Source: Callorhinchus milii (lineage: Eukaryota). From it: a stretch of DNA of 64,000 nucleotides. Position numbers and translations under genes: made by a program. The stretch is taken from contig NW_024704752.1 in NCBI RefSeq assembly GCF_018977255.1, forward strand, positions 18,104,001 through 18,168,000. Direction: 5' to 3'. The notes beneath the pieces are model-generated. The model saw nothing but the letters and a program-made list of their open reading frames with translations, searched no databases and had not been told where the DNA came from. Positions 12,441-23,906 of the stretch are shown here, piece by piece (position 1 is the first letter of the stretch; every line of letters begins with the position of its first letter).

Positions 12441-13744
12441 TGTAATTCTATGGAACCAACAGCTTTTCTGGCCAAAAATGAAATAGAATGCTTTAAAAGT
12501 CACAACAGAAATATATGATGCATTAGCTTCTTTCTCTTACAGTGTAGATGAACAGAAGTAGGTTATTTCAGCATTGAGAATAATGGCAAGAGGCTTGGGG
12601 AAGGTGGCAATCTTTTCAGAGTACTCTAAACTTAGTAGGAGTCTGGCCCAAAGCATGGAAGCCCTTGGGTGAGGGTGGTGCAATGTATATAGAGGGTAGT
12701 CTATATACTAGCGCTGGACAAAGGTATCAAAGTTTATTAATAAGTGGCTTTGTGCAGGGCTGGATAGACCACTGTATATAGTGCAGGTAGGCCATCATTA
12801 GACTAGTAAATAGTTTCATTGTTTTTATGGAGATGAGAGATGAACTCACAGATGAAGTTACCAACTGAACAGATGCCAATGGGATCCTTATGAGCAATGC
12901 CAATGGACGCTTGAGCAGCTTTTTGAAGGAATTGGTACCTTTTTTCGTAGTTGGATAAAGCTGTCCCATCCACAGACAAGGGACCAAATAACAAACTGGC
13001 AATGTTCTTAGTCTAGTGCTCACACACAAGATTATAAGTAAAGGCAAGAAGGGAGGACCGATAGAAAATACATGCAACGTACACTTTTTACAATGGGAAA
13101 GTTTTCCATTCATTGTGTTCATTGCATTCATCAAATGTCATCACATTAATGATTCTTTTGTTGGAAATTCATCTAATTATTATACAGTGTAGGTGTATAC
13201 ACCACATTTCATACATCAATCTAACTGTGCAGTTTATTGAACTTGTTCAAGATCAACCCATTAAATCTTTATGTACAATTATTGTTTGTGTGCAATCCGT
13301 CGAACAATTTTTAAAGTAATCATTTATACATACAGACAGGAAACAATGCTAAAATACAATGCAAGGCCCCATGGATTGATGGTAATGGAATTACAACGGC
13401 AAAGTTATCAAATTTGAATTATGGAAATCCGCTTGCAATGCAGTGGTAGAAATAATTTATTTATTCTGTAAAATAGCAAGCTGGAAAGGATTTTGCAGAA
13501 CTGTGTTTCCTAATACATATCACAGATGTATTCCGTAGTTTGAACATGCAAAAAATATTTAGCGACACAATATTAAGATACTTATTGCTTATTCATCAGT
13601 TGAAATGTTTATCTCCACACATTAAGCTCACAGGTCAAAATAAATATGATTTTTTGTGGGAAGAAGATGACTATTCTTTTCAATGGGAATGTTTCAATGG
13701 GCTCCAAAACTTCAATCAACATCCAATTCCAAACATCCAATTTA

Positions 13745-13917
13745 ACAATAATAATAATCCTTGCATTTAATGTAGCACCTTATCATGTCTTCTAGACGTC
13801 TCAAAGCATTTCACAGAATATACTGTATACTGTAAAGTGAACTGATTTATATTTTGCATCCCACAAACAGTCATGGGTTGAGTGACCAACTTATTATTAT
13901 TTTTTGAAGGGATTATT
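13745..13917 (-). mobile_element. SINE family A 3' fragment with internal deletion
   Basis: AATAATCCTTGCATTT..GACGTCTCAAAGC..CCCACAAACAGTC..GAGTGACC..TTTGAAGGGATTATT. Confidence 0.9.
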
Positions 13918-14365
13918 GTAACACTCAGTATCAAGTGCAACCATCAAATCAGTCTAACAGATAGGATGGTCCTAGCTCAACAAGCAGCGGGAAAGCTTGC
14001 CAGACAGCGCTGTCAATGGCAAGCTATTCAAGGAGCTAACTGGTGCTTGCTCCAGGTGTGTTGTAATCTAAGTCCTGACAAATGATGCATTGCACGCTTT
14101 GGTAAAGTGCATCTGTGATGCTCGCACTTCTGTTTGATGTTATCTCTGAACCTATAGTTCTGATGGAGTTTCTGATATTTCACAGGGTCAATTGAAGGTG
14201 TGGGTGCTGCTGCTCTGTCAACTGGGAAACCAAGGTCATCTCACACACACCTCTGTGTTACTGGGTAAGTAAGTTGCTACACTCTACAATATACCCTGTG
14301 AGCATAATATTTTGATGTGAAAGTTGCTGTATCAAATATAATGATTATTATTGTTATTACTCGTG

Positions 14366-14440
14366 TGTCAGCCTGGCTCCATAGTAACACTCTCGCCTCT
14401 GAGTCAGAAGGTTTGGGGTTTAGGACGTGGAATCTAGCCT
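14366..14440 (+). mobile_element. SINE family B tRNA-like head
   Basis: TGTCAGCCTGGCTC..CACTCTCGCCTCTGAGTCAGAAGGTT. Confidence 0.8.
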
Positions 14441-14979
14441 TGTGATAGTATAATCAGGACATGCAGTGCAACATATATTCATTAACATGCTGAAGTATGT
14501 CTAATGAAATTAATAATGGTTTCATAATATTAAAAAAAAGCATCACCTGATGCATTAGGATATATTCATTTTAATAGATTTTTGGAATATTGGATAAAAT
14601 ATCTCAAATTGCTTGACACCTCTTCTGTCATCTTTTTAAATTGCTTTTTAATTTCTCTCAAGTGATATATTGCCTTGGAATTTCAGCTCTGAGTGACAGA
14701 GGCTGCAGAGATATAATTAAGAGTGAGCGCTGAGCTATTCGATAACAGAAAAAGGGCAAATGGCATGAATTAACATTTTGAGCAATGAAAGAATAGTCTG
14801 CAGACTGTGCATTCTGACAATTGACAGTAAGAGTTGAGATAGCAGAAATCGCTGGGTCAGAATATTTCAAATCTTGTGGTAAGAACAGCAACAGCTCAAA
14901 ATCTTAAACAAAATCTTAGTTTACACACTGAGAAGAATGCTCACGCTAGGGAATGTTCAATGTCCACTCCTGTTGCTTG

Positions 14980-15026
14980 CTCCGGAACCCTACCCCGTGT
15001 GCTATATAAATGCAAGTTGTTGTTGT
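14980..15026 (+). mobile_element. Isolated LINE2 3' tail
   Basis: CTACCCCGTGTGCTATATAAATGCAAG(TTG)3. Confidence 0.7.
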
Positions 15027-15049
15027 GGCTCCCTCATCAGCATCCACCC

Positions 15050-15276
15050 AGCTCACAGCCACTCTGCCCCCTGGAATTTCCTCTGCAAATCCCTGAACTT
15101 CCCAGACCCTCTCTCCCTGCCCTCAAGACATTCTTAAAAGCCTACCTCTCTGAATGATCCTTTGAGCCTTCCTTCCTTTCACTCTCCCTTTCCCTTTGCT
15201 CAGTGCTCCATATCATCCCTGTAAAGCGCTTTGAGATGTTATCCCATGTGAATAATGTGTAATATGAGTGTTGTTG
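15050..15276 (+). mobile_element. LINE2 3' fragment
   Basis: Encodes HSAPWNFL.. and SLPALKTFLKAYL (typical L2 ORF2 C-terminus, LWN.LP..FK..LKT), then TGTAAAGCGCTTTGAGA. Confidence 0.8.
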
Positions 15277-15886
15277 GTCAGTGTCAATTTAGATTATGAG
15301 TTCCTATTCCGGCATTGGGACACAAAACTAAATCCTTTCAGGGTAAGACACAAATATGAGGAATGTTATATTAACTGGAATGGCACTTTGGAGTTGATTT
15401 TTGTTGACTCCCCAGGCTTTTTTTTCTAATTATAGCTTTGTTAGTAATGCCACACGCGTCACAGTTTTAATGCCTCAGTTTGTTCTGAGCATCTTTCGAG
15501 GGCATTTGTGTAAATTTGCATGACTTTCTGGAGGGGATCTTTCTTGCATTGTCTTGTTTACATATCTTGAAGGACTTGCATTCGTATGCGCAATTATAAA
15601 ATAAAGATCTGACCCAAGTTGCCCGAGAAAAGAAAACAGCTTGGGGGAAGGTAAACCAAGCAATTAATAACTTTCTGTACCATTCCCTAAACTATATGCT
15701 TATTATACATTAGTTAATGAGCTCCAATTAAATGCATTGTGTCTATTGTCAATGCACACTCAAATTAGAAAAGAACAGAAAAAACTATTACCTATTTGTT
15801 GTGTCTGTCAACAAGTATTGGGAACGCATCAAATTAACAACAACAATTTATATTAAATATAAGTTATATTTAACTTATAAATAACA

Positions 15887-16119
15887 ATAATAATAATAAT
15901 GTGGTCACTCAGCCCATGATTGTTATGTGCGCAATTGGCTGCCGCATATTCCCCACAAAGTATACAGTCAATTCATTTTACAGTATATTCTATTTATTTT
16001 CTTTGAAGGGAGTGTTACACCCAGAAAAGCGATCTGGCAATCGACTAACAACCAGGTTCCTACTTGCTGCTAGGTAAAGAGAGGCGTGTGGAGTAAGGAA
16101 ACTTGCTCAACATTTTGCC
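15887..16119. mobile_element. SINE family A with an internal inversion (plus-strand 3' body joined to minus-strand 5' body)
   Basis: 15900-15991 matches the 3262 copy on +; 15993-16119 matches the adjacent upstream consensus segment on -. Confidence 0.85.
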
Positions 16120-16502
16120 GTGTATTTATCACTGGTAATAATTATCGGAGATGAGAGAGGCTGAGGCAGCACCTGTCATATTGAGCCCAGTCGGTCTCTT
16201 CCTGTTTGTATGATAATCTGCAAATGGCTAATGTAATGTGATGAACAGTCAGGTTCATGTCATTCCACTTCGGATGCTGTATTTTCCCAAGCAGTAAATA
16301 CAAACAGTTGCTGTTGGTTTCATTCTGAAAGTCAGTTGATGGATTCCTAATTTAGTTCTGTTCCTTTCCCCAGATGAGCTGGAGCCATCTGAGGTTCAAG
16401 AGCAATCTGTATAAGTGACTGCAATTACCAGCGCTGTCAGAATGAATATGGCACGTGTCTTTTCATGACTGCTGTTTTACCACCATCTAATAATAATAAT
16501 AA

Positions 16503-16727
16503 TTCCATAATCATTGGTGGAACTAGGACTGTTAGGACTATTCAGAAATGGCTCAACAATATACTTGATGAACAAAATATTAACCTCCTGCAATAAACAG
16601 CTATTTTAGGAAGATCAAACGTACAAAGAAATGAAACTTCGCGTAAGTAACATGGCAGTGTTATTGGTCTGACTGACCCATCATTGAAAACCACCTAGAA
16701 ACTACCTCTACTGGATGATTTTAAACT
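16503..16727 (+). mobile_element. Degenerate 3' end of an R4-clade (Dong/Rex6-like) non-LTR retrotransposon
   Basis: Translates IIIG../LGL..IQKWLNNILDEQNINLLQ*TAILGRSNVQR, similar to the R4-clade C-terminus PIVIGALG..LQKTAILGTA.ILR; flanked by TAA repeats. Confidence 0.6.
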
Positions 16728-16734
16728 TAATAAC

Positions 16735-17043
16735 ATAATAATCTTGTATTTGGCATAAGGCCTTAACATGTCAGAAGAACGTCTCAAAGCACTTCACATG
16801 ATTCACTTTGAAATGGAGTGACTGTGTATTTGCAGGCAAATGAGGCAGCAATGTCACAGTTGCACATAACAATGTCCCACAAAAAGCCATGAAACAACTT
16901 ACCAATTTTATTTGGGGGATTGTGGAGCCATGGCACTGTGGAAAAATTCCCTGCTCTTTTCGAAAAATGCCATGGTATCTTTATTGAATTGAATTGAACC
17001 ACAGCCTTCTGACCCAGAGGTAAGAGTGCTACCACTGAGCCAA
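16735..17043 (-). mobile_element. SINE family B, near full-length, degenerate
   Basis: Tail, ATGTCCCACAAA, CCCTGCTCTTTTCGAAAAATGCCATGG, and head CCTTCTGACCCAGAGG..GAGTGCTACCACTGAGCC. Confidence 0.85.
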
Positions 17044-17337
17044 CTTCACGCATCAACACTTATCTGGCACAGACTATGTAGCACTGCAAATGCAGGAATA
17101 TCTGAGAGATCTGCTTTGCAGTAAGCATGCCTGAAGAGCAAGTTAGGTACACAGTTCACTTGTCATAAGATTATCAGGGCAGCAACTGGAATTGCACCAT
17201 TCAATGGACTGTACGTTCGAGAGAGTGTGCTTGCCCACACAATAGCTGGACTCCAGTACACGGTGGAATGAAAACGTGTTGACATTTATGGCTCAAAAAA
17301 GGATCCTGACTGATTCATAGACTCAGCAGCAAAGAGA

Positions 17338-18085
17338 TGGTGTAATATGACAAAATCTGCTGATGACACCAAATTATGTAGGAAGGTGAATGATGTAAGC
17401 AACATCAATACTATTTTGGAATATCTAAACCAATTAAGCAATTGGGTCAAGTGGTGGTAGATGTACTTTAGTGTAGATAAATGGAAGATAATGCATATTG
17501 GAATAAGAAACAGCAAACATGTACAAAATCAACGGATGTCCATTCACGGAAGAAGGAAAAGGATTTAGCTGTATTTATTGATCATTCACTGAAGGTCTTC
17601 AGACAATATGAAGTTGCTGGCAACAAAGCTGATCAATATTCAGTTAGTAAGTTGGAAGAAGTTACTTTAACCTTCTTAAGATCACAGGTGAGCCACATCT
17701 GAGATTTAATACGCACGGAAGAGATTTAGAGGAGAGGATTGAGGATGATTCCCAGGCTTATAGCTCCAAGATATAAGGAGAGCTAAAATTGAAGAGGGCA
17801 CATGATCTAGATCTTTAAATGCTGAAAAGCATAGATTATGTAGATGTGAAGCCGACTGTTTGCCTTACACCATGGGACATAACTTGAAGGTTAAATTTAA
17901 AAATGTCCCAACATGACCAGAGAATCCTTCCTCTACCCAGGGACAGTGAACAGACCAACAACAAAAGCAACTGACCGGCATTTATTAACTCGTTAGGAAA
18001 GGTATTTTCTCTGTAACGAACAATATATGGGAGAAGTGCAGACTGAAGTGAACAAATAGTCCACAGAACACGATCATTTCTATCC
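17338..18085 (+). mobile_element. CR1 LINE fragment: RT C-terminal region to 3'UTR, decayed
   Basis: Translates TKSADDTKLCRKVND..LNQLSNWVKWW*MYFSVDKWKIMHIG and KKEKDLAVFIDHSLK (CR1 FADDTKL, WQM.FN..KC.VMH.G and EKDLGV motifs) with stops and frameshifts. Confidence 0.9.
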
Positions 18086-18464
18086 AGCCGAACTGAGACA
18101 AATTATGGACTGTGGTGGAATAGAACCGAGGTTTGAACAGCGGGGAATGTAAAGTTGAATGAACATCAATGAGTTTCCCTTGATTGCCATTTGGGTTCAG
18201 AGAGCGTCTGTCATCTTTCCTTCAGGTTTGCATGGTCTGCGGAGAGAGCATGCTTCATGGACTGATTTTCTCTAGTTCCATTCAGATTTTCTCACACATT
18301 TAGTATGAGCAGCGGTAAGCGTAGATGGATCAGATGTAAGGTCACAAAGCTTCTCTGGGGCATAGTTTTGGGTGTGTTTTTTTCTTGTTTGGATTTTTGC
18401 TGCGACCATTATAATTAGATACAGTGATAAACAATCTAATCTAATCCTTGATATACAGCCTATC

Positions 18465-18716
18465 AGGTTGAGAGCACGTCTCAAACCGCCTCACAGGATT
18501 TTACTGTGAAGTGGGATGGCTGTGTATTTTATAGGTAAATGAATCATAGGACACATGATGCTGCAGAGTACTGACATGTTTTATAATACTAATAATATAA
18601 TCCTTGCATTTGATATAGCGCCTTATCACGTCTTTCAGGCGTCTCAAAACGCTTCACAGCCAATTGCGCACGACAGTGTCCCACAAACAGTCGTGGATTG
18701 AGTGACCAAGTTATTA
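18465..18716 (-). mobile_element. Two adjacent SINE 3' fragments (18465-18540 and 18592-18716)
   Basis: ACGTCTCAAACCGCCTCACAGG; then ATCCTTGCATTTGATATAGCGCCTTATCACG..GTCCCACAAACAGTCGTGGATTGAGTGACC. Confidence 0.85.
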
Positions 18717-19502
18717 TTCTCTTTTTTTATTTTATAGTTTTGACTCATTGCATCAATACGAATGGGAAGGATAATATTTCAGCAGCCCTCCTCTTTGCCT
18801 ACTTTCCTACTAAATACCTACTTTACCTTTCTCGGGTATTTTCTGAAGAGCTACAGTGACCCCTTCAGTAAGCATAGTTAGTCCTCGAATTGGAGCCTTT
18901 GCAAAATCCGCTAGAGTGTTATTTGTTAGCATTCCCTCAGGCTGAGGTGTCAACGCTGATCCTGCAATAATTCACCGCTGCTCCTGGTTCAAATTCTGCC
19001 TCGTCAGCTATTGCCAGGACGCAAATTCATCCCCTTCCAGCTCCTTTGTTGTTTTCCTGCCTGCATCGTCGGATTCTCAACACAACTGCTATTTTTTTTC
19101 CGGTTGCCGTACCCAATTTCAACAAGGCAGTTTCAAGTTGCCTGGTATCACCTCTTTGTTCTCTGGATGCTACGCTGTGTGAGGGATGCTGTGTAACAGC
19201 AAGTTGTTGTTGATTGAGGGGCACGTCCCACGCAGAAACAAACCTGCTCTATTTAAAACAGTCTTTTTTTTTGGAGACCATTGTACATTGTCTGTTATAT
19301 TCATGGACTTTCCCCATGTTCTTTGGTGTGCGCCTGCCTGGGGAGGGAGGGAAATGGTGGTATGTTATGTGATAATTATGGTGGCATATATTGCATTTTC
19401 CCTGCATTGTCTTTGGTTTGAACCTTGTAGATTTTTAAAATGGAAATAAGGTTAAAAATTCAACAGGGTGTCAGATACCTTTTGATGTATACTTTAACCC
19501 TT

Positions 19503-19601
19503 GACTGTCCAGCACCTTGGGATGTCCCCCCACCCCACGCACCCCCTCTAATGTGAAAGGTAGTACTTAAATGCAATTTGCTGTTATTGTTGTTGTTGTT
19601 G
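19503..19601 (+). mobile_element. LINE2 3' tail
   Basis: ACTGTCCAGCACCTTGGGATGTCC..TGTGAAAGG..AAATGCAAT..(TTG)n. Confidence 0.7.
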
Positions 19602-19744
19602 ATATGCAGGTATTGCTCTTGATTCTGCATTTGATGTGCTGCAGGAATTGGATGTCATAAATTAGTATGCAGTATGTTTCTGCTTGTGATTGATGTATCT
19701 CCCGGCTAAATACAATAATTCTGCATCTTCCTTATATTTCTAAA

Positions 19745-19822
19745 ACACCTTCGTCTCTGAGTCAGAAAGTGTCAGGTTCATGCCCCACACTGGGGCTTTG
19801 AATTAGATAGTCTGCGCCCTCC
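19745..19822 (+). mobile_element. SINE family B head
   Basis: CTCTGAGTCAGAAAGTGTCAGGTTCATGCCCCAC. Confidence 0.7.
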
Positions 19823-19877
19823 ACAAGTGATAATAGAATTTATTGCAATATGTTTTTGTTCTGTTACAAACACCCAC

Positions 19878-20107
19878 ATACGCCCCAAAACTCTGGATCT
19901 CTCTCCCTCAATCCCTCCGCCTTTACCCCTCCCCTCCTCCCTGCCTTCAAATCCTGCCTAAAGACCTTCCTTTTCGATCGCGCTTATGGTTTCCTCCCCG
20001 CTCCCTCCCTTTCCCCCCCTGGCTCAGCGTCAGATTCCGCTAATTTCAAGCGTTCCGGGGCGCTACCCCTCATGAATGGGCGCTATATAAATGGAAGTTG
20101 TTGTTGT
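19878..20107 (+). mobile_element. LINE2 3' fragment
   Basis: YAPKLWISLPQSLR and LPAFKSCLKTFLFDRAY, then GGGCGCTATATAAATGGAAG(TTG)3. Confidence 0.9.
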
Positions 20108-20827
20108 GGTTCTTGAACTTATTGATGTCGGAGTAAACAGCAACATTTACGGTGGGATCGAAGTGCTCCGTTTGCCTCGTGGCAAATAATCAGTGTCACT
20201 AATCATGTGGCCGAGACCACTAGCCATCGGGATGCTACATAAACAAATTGCCACATCCACTGTCTCTGCCGCACCTCTTTACCATCAGCTTCGTAGGTAA
20301 ATGAACCAACGTTATATGTGAGATGCTCTATGTGGTTGCTTACATGTTTGGTAGGTTATATAGTGCTTGCAGTGTACTGTTCCTCTACAGTAATTGATCC
20401 CACAGAACTCCAGCTCTTTCAGGGTCATGTCCCGCTTCAGCAGACTGATGAAACCCTGTGGCCTTTCTTATCTAAAGGCCTCTAATGTTTTCTTTGGTGG
20501 ATCAAACATTATTCCATCGAGAATTGCTATGCTATGCAGCACACACCATGCAATAGAAATACGTTAGCCCTCACAAGGTTATTCTGAGGCACACCAGATG
20601 AACATTCAAGCCTTCAGCATTTTTCGTTGGGGTCAGAAGCGAAGATCTTTTATTTCATCAAGGTGAGGAATGGTGGTGCTGGGGAAAATATTGCTTTTGT
20701 AAAATCATATCTCATCATCTACATCCAGATGAGCTTTCCCTACTAAACGGGTGTGCGGTTTCAGTTCCCACCTCATCTACGGTGCAAATTTACCTACAAA
20801 TGTACAACCGCGATACAGGACAGCAGT

Positions 20828-20892
20828 TTCCCTGGGACGTCTTTCCGACGTGAAGGGCGCTATTCAAGCATCATTTGTGGTTGCTGTTGTTA
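20828..20892 (+). mobile_element. Isolated LINE2 3' tail
   Basis: GGGACGTCTTTCCGACGTGAAGGGCGCTAT. Confidence 0.75.
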
Positions 20893-21107
20893 TTACCCGT
20901 GTGAAGTGCTTTGAAATGTTCCGTATCATAGGCATCAAATAAAATGCAAGTGTTAGAATCAATATCCTGCGGAATTGTGGAATTAAATCAATGAGTTCCA
21001 AAAAATGGACATTTTCTTTTGCTGTGATTGCACACGCATTCTCTTTTGAAGGCGGACTCCCAAAACCATACACAAAACTCTACCATGGGCCAAGGAAGGT
21101 CCTCATG

Positions 21108-21238
21108 TCCCTAACCAGGGATCAATGATAGCCCCACCAGCAATCCTCATCTGAGGTTAGCAAACTCAGCACAATCTAGCGATTGCTTTGTCAGCCTGTT
21201 ATCACACCACTTACTGACTGAGTCATTAGTTGAGTTCA
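21108..21238 (-). mobile_element. Ancient SINE relic (AmnSINE2-like), 5' part
   Basis: Reverse complement TGTGCTGAGTTTGCTAACCTCAG..TCCCTGGTTAGGG aligns with 59880-59955. Confidence 0.5.
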
Positions 21239-21414
21239 ATAGGCTCTCTTTTTCAATGACTAAGCAGCTTAATTCAGGTAGCTTTATACATTAGCGGTTA
21301 TTACACCCAGCATCCTAAATAATAGCTTTGGAACAGACCTACTGAAGCAGTTAGTTTCGACACTGTTCTATAGGTTATAGAGGAAATAATCTGTTAATCT
21401 GCTCTTGTTACCAA

Positions 21415-21524
21415 TACACACAAAATATACAGTCAATTCACTTTATAGTATATGTTGTGAAGCATTTTGAGATGTCTCTTAGATGTGATAAGGCGCGATA
21501 TCAAATGCAAGGATTATTATTATT
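21415..21524 (+). mobile_element. SINE family A 3' fragment
   Basis: CACAAAATATACAGTCAATTCACTTTA..ATCAAATGCAAGGATTATTATT. Confidence 0.9.
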
Positions 21525-21835
21525 TACTATTATCCAAACACATAGTGCTTTGACGGAAATAGAATGACAAGAATCTTACAATGTGTTACTGTGTGTCTGT
21601 GTCTGATATTGTTTAGTTCTTGAATGTTATCAGCATCAAGGATAAACTGATGTTAAAACTTACAGGCAATTATATCAAACCAAAGAGAATAATATTGCAC
21701 ATGAAGCATTGTTAAAGACATGCTTGCATTATTCAGTGTTGGTTTGGACTTGTGGATGGCATTAACACCATTATTAAAACAATTGGTTTGCCTTAACACT
21801 TCCAATTTTATATATTATGCATTTAATATATGAAT

Positions 21836-21901
21836 AAATAATAATAATCCTTGCATTTGATTTAGTGCCTTATTACGTCATTGAGTCATCTCAAAGCGCT
21901 T
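21836..21901 (-). mobile_element. SINE family A tail
   Basis: AATAATAATCCTTGCATTTGA..TCTCAAAGCGCTT. Confidence 0.85.
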
Positions 21902-22487
21902 GTAAATGATTAGATACCACCAATAGTTGATGAATCTAACAGCTGCTTGAGGTACTGCCCTTATATTATAGAATATAATAGATATTCATGGGATTCCTGT
22001 CTAGGTAGCAACAGCTCTTTAGCTATGGATGTTGTAGAGGGTGATATATTCACAGTTTAGAAGTTATATCATTCAATGTTCACAGATTTAATAACATCCT
22101 GTACATAGTTAGTGACTTACCTTCTACCCTTGACATTCTGTCTGAATGAAATATTCCTGTCTGAGAACATCCTTGATTTTCAGCTTTATCTGTCTGACAA
22201 AGACATTTCAACAAGACAGGCAGATATACAATGATCGAGTAGCTGTAGGAAGCCATGTATGTGCCTTTGTCGTGGGTACTGACAAGAAAATGGGACAAAA
22301 TAAGAATATTTTACTCCAGGTTGATCTCAAAAGTCAAATGGATTTAGCTTCTAACAGTGAGTTGATGGTTACTCAATCTCAATCTTTCAAATGATTATAA
22401 ATATTAAGATGACACAAAGCAGATGTATCGTGTGTTGACTACCTGAATAAGCATCAGAAGATCTAGGACAGCTGTATAAGTACCAAC

Positions 22488-22520
22488 TGTGTGTGTGTGT
22501 GTCTGTGTGTGTGAGTGTGT
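22488..22520. repeat. (TG)n microsatellite, interrupted
   Basis: Directly visible. Confidence 0.9.
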
Positions 22521-22721
22521 TGCTGATCTGCACCTCAGCCATAAGTTTGAGCCTGTGGGTGTGCTCTCCAGCTCTTTTACACTGAACTTTACCAAGTTGT
22601 TGTTGATCTAATACTTTTTGATGATTCTGATGTTGATAACCAAAAAAGCAGAGATCAACAGGCCATATAATGTTTAATGTAGTTACTAACAAGTGTAATG
22701 ATGTACAATCGTAGAAAGTTT

Positions 22722-23078
22722 ACAACACAAAAATAGGACATTCAGCCCATTGTGTCCATGCTAGTTTTGTCCACAAAATATGCAGTTTTGTTTAGCCCAC
22801 AAAATATACAGTCAAATCAACTGAGTTCAGATTCCCCAGACATCATACGAGTCACTCAACCCACGACTGTGTGTAGAACGTTGCTGTGCGCAATTAGCTG
22901 CTGTGTTTCGCCCACAAAATATACAGTCTATTTGCTTTACAGTACAGTCTGTGAAGCGCTTTGAGACGTCTCGAAGACGTGATAAGGCGCTGTATCAAAT
23001 GCGAGGATTATTATTATTATAGTTGTAATCACACCATTGGACCCCTCTTCTCTGATCCCTGCTCTTTCTCTTTAACCT
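22722..23078. mobile_element. SINE family A variant (+, about 22770-23020) nested in a CR1 3'-end remnant (-)
   Basis: ACAACACAAAAATAGGACATTCAGCCCATTGTGTCCATGC before, and CCCTGCTCTTTCTC after, a SINE ending AAATGCGAGGATTATTATTATT. Confidence 0.75.
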
Positions 23079-23789
23079 TTACTATTTCTAATAATAGCCA
23101 AGTGTGATTTGCACCCCTTGCAAGAATAGGTGTGAATGATACCATCTCTAATTTCACCTCTCATTGTATCAGGACCCAGGCTTCAAGTTTCATGATTCAA
23201 GCTGCCTATTACACTGAACATTTGTCAGCAAATCTCTTCCAAAATCGCAGCAATTCACCAGCAAATGTGAAGACTAAATGCAGAATTAAATGCAACGCAG
23301 GTCCTGATGTGACATCTACCGACCACAATAGATCCTGAAACTCGGTACAGAGTACAAAGGTTTTTTTCTTAAACAAATGTACGCAGGTCAGTTTATTCCT
23401 GATGTTAACAGATGAATGCAGCCTTTGCTCACAGACATAACAGATTGTCTTCTGGTCTGCAAATGTCACTGCATTATCCTTCAGCTCTGAGAACACTGCA
23501 AACTGTTGTTGTTAAGATGGATTATTTCAGACCATTGAAGCACTGTAGTGGCCTTCTACATGTAAAGCAGTTCAGCAAATAACCCTGCATACCTTTAACT
23601 TCATGTCGTTATAAATTAAAACCAATTTCACAATGAAGTTATCTGGGTGACGTATTAACAAGTCGGTAGTTCAAATAAATAATTTTGTCCTGCTGCATTG
23701 TATTTTTTGGCACAACAAGTTCTTCTTCATAAGTGTATTTTTTTTTAAAAAATCATAATTCCCTTTGTAATCCTTTTTGATCGTGTTTA

Positions 23790-23906
23790 CGGTCACCTCC
23801 CCACTCCTTCTCCCCCTGGCTAGGGATCAGAGTCTGCCACTGTCAAGCGCTCTGGGACACTACCCGTCATGAAGGGCACTATATAATTGCAAGATGTTGT
23901 TGTTGT
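23790..23906 (+). mobile_element. LINE2 3'UTR and tail
   Basis: GGTCACCTCCCC..CACTGTCAAGCGCTCTGGGACACTACCCGTCATGAAGGGCACTATATAATTGCAAG. Confidence 0.8.

Noticed and set aside
12727-13134. 135-aa minus-strand ORF
   Set aside because: No recognisable domain; the region looks like highly decayed LINE-derived sequence that I cannot assign
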